From: a virus
DNA: 64,000 nt
IMG/VR virus record: IMGVR_UViG_3300044707_000932
Span: 1-64,000 of that record
Direction: 5' to 3' (one strand)
Of the stretch, positions 36,528 to 43,931 are shown piece by piece (position 1 is the first letter of the stretch; each line of letters starts with the position of its first letter). The notes under the pieces are model-generated. The model worked only from the letters and a program-made list of their open reading frames with translations. It made no database searches and was not told the origin of the DNA. Position numbers and translations under genes: made by a program.

Positions 36528-36881
36528 ATGAAACCAAAAGAATTATTAAAATTATGGGTTGAAAGATTCAATCAATGCGATTACAAAGGATTGAGTGAAT
36601 TATATTCAGAAACAGCAGTGAATCATCAGACACCATTGGAAATTGTAGAAGGTAGAGAAAATATAAAACAAATGTTCAAAAATGAATTTGAACAATTTGA
36701 AATGGTTTGTATTGTTGAGAATATTTTTGAAGATGGTAATGTTGGAATTTTGGAATGGAAAGGAAATGAACAAAAACCATTAAGAGGTTGCGGATTTTTT
36801 TGGATTGAAAATGATAAAATTATTTATCAGAGAGGATATTGGGATAGAATGACTTTTATAGAACAACAAAAAGTAACGTGA
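36528..36881 (+). CDS. NTF2/SnoaL-like domain protein
   Basis: WVERFNQCD...LYSETAVNHQ...GRENI...LEW...RGCGFF..ENDKI..QRGYWD. Confidence 0.85.
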   Translation: MKPKELLKLWVERFNQCDYKGLSELYSETAVNHQTPLEIVEGRENIKQMFKNEFEQFEMVCIVENIFEDGNVGILEWKGNEQKPLRGCGFFWIENDKIIYQRGYWDRMTFIEQQKVT

Positions 36882-36889
36882 GTTCAAAA

Positions 36890-37094
36890 CTTCAGTTCCC
36901 ATACAGCGGTGAGATGGGCTAAGCAAGATACAATTCCTCGGAGCTGGGAGTAGAAGGCTGAAGAATTTTTTAGGTTGATTGGGGAAGGGATATACGTTAA
37001 CCTGATGATGGAGGTGGTATATTCGGAGTTGAAATCATCATAGTAATGCCAATCGTAAAAGGAGTTGTCCACTCGACCATCTTCTCCTTTCCTA
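36890..37094 (+). ncRNA. Putative structured non-coding RNA(s) upstream of tRNA-Ile2
   Basis: GC-enriched non-coding spacer with many complementary segments (see findings). Confidence 0.5.
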
Positions 37095-37097
37095 TAA

Positions 37098-37171
37098 GGA
37101 CCCCTAGCTCAGCAGGTTAGAGCAACTGACTCATAATCAGTAGGTCCACGGTTCGAGCCCGTGGGGGTCCA
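37098..37171 (+). tRNA. tRNA-Ile2(CAU), lysidine type reading AUA (elongator Met less likely)
   Basis: ACTGA-CT-CAT-AA-TCAGT; acceptor GGACCCC/GGGGTCC with C4-G69 and C5-G68 as in Ile2; lacks initiator features. Confidence 0.85.
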
Positions 37172-37243
37172 CAAGACAGACACACGCTTCCCATCTCGAA
37201 GGATAATGAGAGGAATAATACGTCCTTTAATGTCTGTCCCTAT

Positions 37244-37314
37244 TGTCGTATGGTGTAACGGTAACACAACAGATTTTGGTTCTGTTTTTCAAGGTTCGAA
37301 TCCTTGTGCGACAA
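37244..37314 (+). tRNA. tRNA-Gln(UUG)
   Basis: ACAGA-TT-TTG-GT-TCTGT; U1-A72. Confidence 0.95.
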
Positions 37315-37336
37315 CCGATATTTATATTAAAAAGAA

Positions 37337-37552
37337 ATGAGATTAATTATTTCAGAAGAAGAAAAAAAAGAAATACTCTCCAAACATAAGAGTCCGAAAC
37401 CAAAATCTGTAAAAGAGATTGAACAAGAAATTGATGAGATTGAAAAAAAATTGGGCAAGACAAAAAAGGAAACTAAAGAAGTTGATTTTGATGAACTTGT
37501 GAATACGGATATGGACTTAGAAATGGATAGAGATAGTTTGGAACAATCTTAA
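37337..37552 (+). CDS. Small protein with ISEEEKKEILSKH leader
   Basis: ORF track; ATATTTAT upstream. Confidence 0.65.
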   Translation: MRLIISEEEKKEILSKHKSPKPKSVKEIEQEIDEIEKKLGKTKKETKEVDFDELVNTDMDLEMDRDSLEQS

Positions 37553-37597
37553 TAATATTTGTCATAATTTTAACCTATCTTTGTACAAATTAATTTT

Positions 37598-37888
37598 ATG
37601 AATGAAGTTGGTTTGATAGGTAGTTTACTCTTAACATTCTGTGGTTTACCAGAACTCATTAGGACCCTCAAAAATCGAAGATGTGATATTGGGTGGGGTT
37701 TCCTCCTCATGTGGTTTTTTGGGGAGTTATTTTGTGTCTTTTATGGGTTAGATTTAAGAGAGATACCTTTACTCATAAATTATAGTTTCAATTTGACCAT
37801 AGTTGGGGTTATGTTATACTTCAAAATTAAGGGAGAGTTGCCTGAGTGGTTAAAGGAGCAGTTTGCTAAACTGTGGTCGAGCAATTGA
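37598..37888 (+). CDS. PQ-loop/SemiSWEET-like three-TM protein; 3' end overlaps tRNA-Ser
   Basis: GLIGSLLLTFCGLPELIRT...PLLINY motif. Confidence 0.7.
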   Translation: MNEVGLIGSLLLTFCGLPELIRTLKNRRCDIGWGFLLMWFFGELFCVFYGLDLREIPLLINYSFNLTIVGVMLYFKIKGELPEWLKEQFAKLWSSN

Positions 37889-37916
37889 CCCATTGGTTCG
37901 AATCCAATACTCTCCG
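37832..37916 (+). tRNA. tRNA-Ser(GCU)
   Basis: GCAGT-TT-GCT-AA-ACTGT; long variable arm; G73. Confidence 0.93.
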
Positions 37917-38013
37917 CAGATTTATTGTCGCAGAATCATTTGACGTTTTGAAGGTATTTTTATATATTTATAATCTGATAGTTTAAAAAACATTAACTAA
38001 AAAAAACAAAAAA

Positions 38014-38199
38014 ATGAAAAAATTGTTAGCAATTTTATCACTTGTAACACTTGTTGCTTGTGGTGGCGAAAATGGAGCATCAACTGAAGTAAAAACTGAT
38101 TCTTCTGCGGTTGTAGTAGATTCAACAAAAGTAGAAGCTACACCTGCTGTAGATTCTGTAAAGGCTGAAGAGGCTCCAAAAGCGGAAGATGTAAAATAA
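38014..38199 (+). CDS. Small lipoprotein
   Basis: MKKLLAILSLVTLVA-C lipobox; DSS/DST/DSV motifs resemble Bacteroidota O-glycosylation sites. Confidence 0.75.
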   Translation: MKKLLAILSLVTLVACGGENGASTEVKTDSSAVVVDSTKVEATPAVDSVKAEEAPKAEDVK

Positions 38200-38220
38200 T
38201 ATATCTTTCCTTGAAAATTT

Positions 38221-38248
38221 AAAAACCCATCTGATGATGGGTTTTTTT
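38221..38248. terminator. Bidirectional terminator closing the tRNA region
   Basis: AAAAACCCATC-TGAT-GATGGGTTTTT. Confidence 0.85.
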
Positions 38249-38249
38249 A

Positions 38250-39503
38250 TTATATTAATCCTTTGATTCTGTCTATGTTTTCAAAGAGTCTCTTCCTCTT
38301 ATATGTATTTTCCTTGAAAATACTTTGAGCCATCATTCTTAATATTGGGTCTCCTTTTTCAATTTCCTGAGCATTGTCTGATTGGACTATAGAAAGTTCG
38401 TCTGATGGTATTTCGACTTGACCACCTTGTAAAGATTTGACTTTTATCGGATTACCCTTCTCATATGAAGCGATTACTTCTCCTACTAAGTCTCCTGTAC
38501 CCCAAACTTCTAATGATGGACATTGCGCTATTTCAGCAGCACCTATATTTTTTTTAAGTCCGTCTACAATACAACTGTATCTACCATTATTGAGTGTTTT
38601 CAAAGTGGCAGACATTCCATCTTCTAGGGATTGATAATTTTGGACACCATGAGAATTGAAAGTTGTTGAATTTGGAAGTTTCCATGTAGTATTGAATGGA
38701 TTAAATTTTCCACCTTGGCCTTCGGCCTGTCTCCAAGCTAATAAAAACTTTAAATTTTCGGGACTTACAGGGGCACCCAAGTTTTTGAGTAACTCTTCAT
38801 AAAAACTTTTATCTGTAATACTTAGTTCATCAAGTGTTACCTCATCTGTAGAAGTAACTTCAGGCTCTGTTTTTAGACTCGCGGTCATAACAGGAAGTTC
38901 ACCGGGTAATGAGGCGGCAATGGCAACATCTTTGTCAATAACGGGTTGTCCTTTGTATCTACCTTTTGTCTCGATAGGAACGAGCTTCACTAATTCTGAC
39001 CATGAGGATGAAAGGAATCCTGGATTTTGATAGCTATACCCATCATCTTTGCCATATTTGGAAATAATCCATTCCATGAATTCGATTATGGCATTTTTGT
39101 CACCGCTTACATCTAAACCAGCAGTTACTTGAGGTTCGCCAGGAAACAATTTGTAGTGAAAACTACTATCGGCGTGTACATCATCCAAATATCCGTTACC
39201 GTCTCTTTTAGCTATCAGATTTTCACTATTTTTGAGACCCATTTCATTGGCTTTGTTAATAACATCGATAGCAACATCCCTGTTTGTAAATCCAACATGA
39301 AGATGGTCCCAATGTTTTTTCCAAGTAATTCCAGCAATTTTCTTTCCACCGTCATACCCGTAACCTATTGGCCCACCCTTTTTTGTTGCGGGATTGTAAA
39401 CTAACTCATCAATACCGTATATATCAACTTGTTCAGACAGAACATTTTTGTGTGAAAGAATGGATTCGTAAAGTTTGAATATATCTTTTATTTCGTGATT
39501 CAT
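38250..39503 (-). CDS. Virion-associated cell-wall hydrolase-like protein (HxDHxH domain + lysozyme-like domain)
   Basis: HWDHLHVG; AWRQAEG...NPFNTT...GVQNY.S..DG..AT..TL.NGRY. Confidence 0.55.
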   Translation of the reverse strand: MNHEIKDIFKLYESILSHKNVLSEQVDIYGIDELVYNPATKKGGPIGYGYDGGKKIAGITWKKHWDHLHVGFTNRDVAIDVINKANEMGLKNSENLIAKRDGNGYLDDVHADSSFHYKLFPGEPQVTAGLDVSGDKNAIIEFMEWIISKYGKDDGYSYQNPGFLSSSWSELVKLVPIETKGRYKGQPVIDKDVAIAASLPGELPVMTASLKTEPEVTSTDEVTLDELSITDKSFYEELLKNLGAPVSPENLKFLLAWRQAEGQGGKFNPFNTTWKLPNSTTFNSHGVQNYQSLEDGMSATLKTLNNGRYSCIVDGLKKNIGAAEIAQCPSLEVWGTGDLVGEVIASYEKGNPIKVKSLQGGQVEIPSDELSIVQSDNAQEIEKGDPILRMMAQSIFKENTYKRKRLFENIDRIKGLI

Positions 39504-39524
39504 AATGAATAAATATATTTGAAT

Positions 39525-39809
39525 TTATCTTTTGGTATAACTTAATCTTTTGATTTTTGGTTCAATAGATTTTTCTGTGGTCTTTTTATTTTTCTCTGTT
39601 GACTGAGTTTTAATTTTTTTTGGTTTGACCTTCCTTTTGAAGAAATCAGAGTCCCAAATAAAATCATTTGAGAAAAACAAAAAAATCCCAATAGTAGTTT
39701 CGAGGAGGATGTTTTTGAGAGATAATTGAATATTATCAATCAGAATAATAACAAGAAGAAATGTGATTGATAGTGTAAGTCCTTTCAGTATTTTTTTTGT
39801 ATCTATCAT
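39525..39809 (-). CDS. Two-TM protein with basic tail
   Basis: ORF track. Confidence 0.5.
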   Translation of the reverse strand: MIDTKKILKGLTLSITFLLVIILIDNIQLSLKNILLETTIGIFLFFSNDFIWDSDFFKRKVKPKKIKTQSTEKNKKTTEKSIEPKIKRLSYTKR

Positions 39810-39837
39810 AACAGATAAATACAATGAAAAATGAAAG

Positions 39838-39918
39838 ATGGTCAGAGGTTGGTGGGAAAAACCTAAGGGCTAGCACCCGTTCACTGCTGCAGACAATTAC
39901 ACCAACTTGACCACCATC
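39838..39918. ncRNA. Putative structured RNA (long stem capped by a multibranch loop)
   Basis: GATGGT/ACCATC and GGTTGGTG/CACCAACT stems in a GC-rich island; strand probably minus. Confidence 0.4.
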
Positions 39919-40024
39919 AGTTCAAAAATCAATATAATCACCGTATTGGTCCCAATCTTGACTGGAATTACTTTCCCAAGTGTTTTTACTTGGAGAGGTG
40001 TCATTTTTCTTCTTGAATTTTGTA

Positions 40025-40213
40025 TTAATCATTCTTGAAATAGAACTGATTAATTTCTTTAATAGTAATTTCATCGTTTTTCCATTTTTTCCAAGTGTCG
40101 AAATCTTTTAGTTCTTCGAGAGTTTTTTCATGGACTAAGACATATCCTTCAGGGGCACAACCATTGTATCGATATTCGAAACCTTTTTCTTCAAGAAGTT
40201 TTTTTATGTCCAT
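40025..40213 (-). CDS. Hypothetical protein
   Basis: ORF track; TATATTTG upstream. Confidence 0.6.
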   Translation of the reverse strand: MDIKKLLEEKGFEYRYNGCAPEGYVLVHEKTLEELKDFDTWKKWKNDEITIKEINQFYFKND

Positions 40214-40295
40214 TTTTTTGAATCGAACGCAAATATAAACTATTTATTTGAAATAACAAGTCCCAAAGACATAAATCTTAAATCCAAGTACATGG

Positions 40296-40523
40296 ATGAT
40301 GGTAAACAGAATAAGGGTTTGGAGAAAGACTTTTCAAGACAATCTTTCTCAGATTTTTTTAATGTTGGCATTATTTTTCAATCCATTTGGATTCGATGCC
40401 GTTCAGTATTCCCTGATATTACTGACAGGAAGTTTATGGAGAGCGAACTTCGTTTTGTATGGTATTGCGGGATTGTTCTTTGGATTATACATTTACTTTC
40501 GCAGGCTTTCTAAAGTGCCTTAA
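40296..40523 (+). CDS. Small two-TM membrane protein
   Basis: ORF track. Confidence 0.55.
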   Translation: MMVNRIRVWRKTFQDNLSQIFLMLALFFNPFGFDAVQYSLILLTGSLWRANFVLYGIAGLFFGLYIYFRRLSKVP

Positions 40524-41994
40524 GTTTCCCTTCTTTGAAAGCGTCGAAATTTGGACCTTTGGTCAGTATAAAATTTTTTCCGACCTTTCTGTAATCTAAA
40601 ATTCCCGCCATCTTCGCTGAGGCGAAAAACGATGAATATTGGCCCCTCAAGTCTCCAGACTTGTAAAGATGTTTACCATTTGGTCTTTTATATCTTATTT
40701 TTCCATCTTGATTTATTTTTTCAAAAACCCCTATATCCGTTAAAAAATCTAATTTTGTTCCTGTACTACCTGTACCCTGTTCGTCTAACCAATCTACAAG
40801 TTTTTTTATGAGTCCTTTGTTTTTCCCGAAAGTATAACCATAACTGAGTCTTCTAGGTGTCCAAACTGGACCTGAAATATTCCGAACAAATTTGATGAAC
40901 TCCGTATTTTGGCGTAATTTCCTTTCAACAGTACTAAACAAGTTTTTGATAAAAATATTTCTCATAACCTCTGGCTCATTGAAAAGTATCCTAGACGTAA
41001 ACTCATAACCCCACTTATAAAGTTCTAAGTCAAATTTAATATTCTCTTCGTCATCACTAAAACCCACTGAGGTGTACCAATTGTTGAAGTCTTTAATACC
41101 GTAGGAAACAAAAATATCATATTTATCAATCTCATCATCATCTAAGCTTATCGTCAACCTTCCAATTGCTCGTTCATCCATATCAGGAATAATTTCGAAA
41201 CCATCACATTGTAAACGTAATATCTTACCTGAGTTTTCGAAGTTTTCGTCAACATAAAATTCTGTATCATAAACACTGAATACTTCATCCAACATTTTGG
41301 TATTAGGTTGCCTTTTTTTTGCGTTACTAATCACAACAGCATCGTATAGGTCAGGGAAATATTCTTTGAATAATTCTACTTGTCCAACGTTCATTGCGTT
41401 GTCTTGTGCGTCCCACCATGTTTGATTCCCGTTTTCATCGAAATGAATGGCTACTTTATAATGTTTTTCTTTTTGAGTTCCTTTCTTTCTTATAATAAAA
41501 TAAAGGTCTTTTCTCCCACTTGTATATCTGTCGAAATGTCCTGAACCTCTTTGAGTTACACACCATTTAGTACCTGAGCCGTACTTACATGACGCTCCCT
41601 GAGTTTTTGGAACAATGACTAAAAAGTCATCGTCTTCGTAAATTTTTTCTGTTTGGTTTTCTAATTCTTTGTCCCTTTTTTTGTTTCTAACAAATTCTAC
41701 TAAACTTCTGAGTTCACTCAAAGAGTTATATTGATTAATGTCTTTTTTTGGGAATTGACTTGAATATTTATCAAAATCTTTAACCAATTCTACAACGTCT
41801 TCAATGTCATCCGTTGATGAGTTTGGTCGTAGGTTTTTTAAAACAAAATCTGTATACTTGTGATTGAAATCAATTAGGTCAGAAATACCAAGAATAAAAT
41901 CTAGAGTGTTGGGCCATTCTTTGAACTTATCTGTGTATTTTTTTTTCAGGTCTTCTTTTCTACCCTCCTTCAATAAAATATTGAAAAACTTCAT
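40510..41994 (-). CDS. Hypothetical phage protein (ASxKYGxGTxWC family)
   Basis: YEDDDFLVIVPKTQGASCKYGSGTKWCVT; KKDINQY. Confidence 0.7.
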   Translation of the reverse strand: MKFFNILLKEGRKEDLKKKYTDKFKEWPNTLDFILGISDLIDFNHKYTDFVLKNLRPNSSTDDIEDVVELVKDFDKYSSQFPKKDINQYNSLSELRSLVEFVRNKKRDKELENQTEKIYEDDDFLVIVPKTQGASCKYGSGTKWCVTQRGSGHFDRYTSGRKDLYFIIRKKGTQKEKHYKVAIHFDENGNQTWWDAQDNAMNVGQVELFKEYFPDLYDAVVISNAKKRQPNTKMLDEVFSVYDTEFYVDENFENSGKILRLQCDGFEIIPDMDERAIGRLTISLDDDEIDKYDIFVSYGIKDFNNWYTSVGFSDDEENIKFDLELYKWGYEFTSRILFNEPEVMRNIFIKNLFSTVERKLRQNTEFIKFVRNISGPVWTPRRLSYGYTFGKNKGLIKKLVDWLDEQGTGSTGTKLDFLTDIGVFEKINQDGKIRYKRPNGKHLYKSGDLRGQYSSFFASAKMAGILDYRKVGKNFILTKGPNFDAFKEGKLKAL

Positions 41995-42009
41995 ATGGTA
42001 TAAATATAC

Positions 42010-42035
42010 AAAAAGGGAGATATAAATCTCCCTTT
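42010..42035 (-). terminator. Terminator after tRNA-Arg
   Basis: AAAGGGAGAT-loop-ATCTCCCTTT. Confidence 0.75.
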
Positions 42036-42040
42036 GACAA

Positions 42041-42115
42041 TGGTAGTCCCGAGAGGAATCGAACCTCTATGTACAGATTAGAAATCTGTCATTCTATCCG
42101 TTGAATTACGGGACC
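42041..42115 (-). tRNA. tRNA-Arg(UCU), CCA encoded
   Basis: Reverse complement ACAGA-TT-TCT-AA-TCTGT; ends ACCA. Confidence 0.95.
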
Positions 42116-42121
42116 ATATTT

Positions 42122-42472
42122 TTACTTCCAGAACAATTGAATCAAAAGTATAACAAAACTTAGAGACAAACAAATTAAAGTTTTTGTTGTCATCGGTTCT
42201 TTCAATATTAGCCAAGCCATAATACTAAATACAATAACACCAATACTGAAACCAATAATACGATTTGGCCAAGTTTCTCCATTGTACAAGCTAACCATTT
42301 CTCGACTTGCTAAAATTACCATATACCCAACAGGGACACCAAGTAAAGTCATCAGAAATGGGTTGTTCTTAATCCATTTACTCCAAAGATGACCTTGGAG
42401 TTGATAGAAGGTGAATGCCTGAGAAAAAAGATAAACCGTGAGAATAAAAATTATCGACCCTAATTTGTTCAT
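42122..42472 (-). CDS. Four-TM DMT/SMR-like membrane protein
   Basis: Four helices; AWLILKEPMTTKTLICL ending typical of the DMT superfamily. Confidence 0.6.
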   Translation of the reverse strand: MNKLGSIIFILTVYLFSQAFTFYQLQGHLWSKWIKNNPFLMTLLGVPVGYMVILASREMVSLYNGETWPNRIIGFSIGVIVFSIMAWLILKEPMTTKTLICLSLSFVILLIQLFWK

Positions 42473-42532
42473 AGTGTAACAAAGATAGTAAATTTTTGTT
42501 ACAAAAAAAACCCTCTTTTGGAGGGTTTGAAT

Positions 42533-42748
42533 TTAACCATTCATTTCATTCAAAAAGTTATGGATAATTTCTTGTTTTTCGTCTTCGGTACCTTCTTCAT
42601 CATCCCACATAATTGAATCGGGGTCAGCGGACCAATCGTCCCACTCATCCCAATTTCCAATAACTGTGAATTTTTTTCCATCTTCAGTTTCGCCAGGAAA
42701 CCAAACAATTTTTGAAGTTACTTTCGGACTTTCGTAATCGATGAACAT
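42533..42748 (-). CDS. Acidic hypothetical protein
   Basis: ORF track. Confidence 0.6.
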   Translation of the reverse strand: MFIDYESPKVTSKIVWFPGETEDGKKFTVIGNWDEWDDWSADPDSIMWDDEEGTEDEKQEIIHNFLNEMNG

Positions 42749-42758
42749 AATATTGATT

Positions 42759-43097
42759 TTAGAGTGTTCTTAAAATATAACCTAAAACAGCCGTTAATCC
42801 AACTAACATAGGAAAATTAGTTTTAGCCCCACCCATCAAAGAAAGATGTAAAGCAACCGCTCCACTCATGAAACAGGCAATCAAAATCGCACCGTAAAGT
42901 GAGGTTACAGGAATCAACAAAAGAAGCGCTCCAAGTAATTCTCCAACACCTGTGTGAAGTCTATATTTTTCTAACTTCATGTAGGCAAAATTACCAACCA
43001 TTTCTTCAGTCCCACGTAATTTATCTACAGCTCCTTTTAAAAGAAACAAAGAGGTCATAACTGATAAGACCCAACCAATAATTGTAATAATACTCAT
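42759..43097 (-). CDS. DoxX-like family membrane protein
   Basis: GAVDKL, GVGELLGALLLLIP, GAVALH. Confidence 0.8.
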   Translation of the reverse strand: MSIITIIGWVLSVMTSLFLLKGAVDKLRGTEEMVGNFAYMKLEKYRLHTGVGELLGALLLLIPVTSLYGAILIACFMSGAVALHLSLMGGAKTNFPMLVGLTAVLGYILRTL

Positions 43098-43146
43098 AAT
43101 TTTAAATTTTAGATTAAAAATCTAAGTCAAATTATGGAAAGGTAAA

Positions 43147-43524
43147 TTATTGTTTTTTGTTGAAGGTTAACGAAATGTTACCGCCTTGTTCAAATTCGTT
43201 CCATGCTAAAAGAGTTTCACCACCATTTTGGGATTGAGTCCAAGATTTTCCATTTGCGACAGCAGTCATCTCGATTGTTTGGTCGTCATCTGCCATCCAT
43301 CCTCTGTCGACATATACCCCCGCCTCAGGACCGAATGAACAGTTTCCCTGCATGTACCATACATTTGGAGTAATCCAAAATAATAATGATTTGGTGTTAT
43401 GGACTTCTTCTGAAGACCAAGAAGTTTGTGTATTTGAACCGATGGTTGTATTACCGGGTCCTACACCGTCAATTGTTAAATTGTATTCGGTGTTATTAAC
43501 GATTGTTACATTTGCTTGCCACAT
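43147..43524 (-). CDS. Hypothetical beta-rich protein
   Basis: ORF track. Confidence 0.6.
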   Translation of the reverse strand: MWQANVTIVNNTEYNLTIDGVGPGNTTIGSNTQTSWSSEEVHNTKSLLFWITPNVWYMQGNCSFGPEAGVYVDRGWMADDDQTIEMTAVANGKSWTQSQNGGETLLAWNEFEQGGNISLTFNKKQ

Positions 43525-43572
43525 AGTTTTTTCTATAAATATGAAACCCTCACGGTTAGATGAGGGTTAAAT

Positions 43573-43713
43573 TCATTTATTTGACCATCCGTCTATTAAA
43601 CCTTGTTTGATATCTTTCCAATCAATTATCAAGTAGGTAATAACTATAACACACAGGATTGTCCATTTGTGTTTAAGAACGAGTGTTTTAATATCTTTTA
43701 GTAATTCTTTCAT
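43573..43713 (-). CDS. Small single-TM protein (MKELLKDIKTLVLKHKWTILCVIV...)
   Basis: Read from the sequence; ATGA overlap with the pspC-like gene. Confidence 0.55.
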   Translation of the reverse strand: MKELLKDIKTLVLKHKWTILCVIVITYLIIDWKDIKQGLIDGWSNK

Positions 43714-43913
43714 ATTTTTTGTCCTATAAGTGAGTTATCTTTAGGTATTACTAACCAAGCTAATAAATAAAAGAAAATAATTGGTACTGGTGCAAATATC
43801 AAAGCTAAAAATATCAATCTCCAAAGTGTAGAGTCTATATTTGTATACTCACCGAGTCCACCACAAATTCCTGCAATTTTTTTATCTATCTGACTTCTAA
43901 ATAATTTTCTCAT
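43710..43913 (-). CDS. pspC: PspC domain protein
   Basis: KLFRS..DKKIAGICGGLGEY..ID.T..RL...YLLAWLVIP. Confidence 0.9.
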   Translation of the reverse strand: MRKLFRSQIDKKIAGICGGLGEYTNIDSTLWRLIFLALIFAPVPIIFFYLLAWLVIPKDNSLIGQKI

Positions 43914-43931
43914 ATTGTCTTTTTTTATGTT

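Noticed and set aside
37002-37034. Hammerhead-like CTGATGA ... GAAA core
   Set aside because: No stem II closes between the two motifs (T...T), and there is no stem III or NUH site in register; TGATGAT instead pairs with ATCATCA.
37098-37171. Initiator tRNA-fMet
   Set aside because: G1-C72 is paired and there are no three consecutive G-C pairs in the anticodon stem; features fit Ile2.
37172-37240. HDV-like (theta) ribozyme at tRNA 3' ends (also checked 32097-32152)
   Set aside because: Could not place P3/L3, the P1.1 GG and the catalytic-C junction in the required order.
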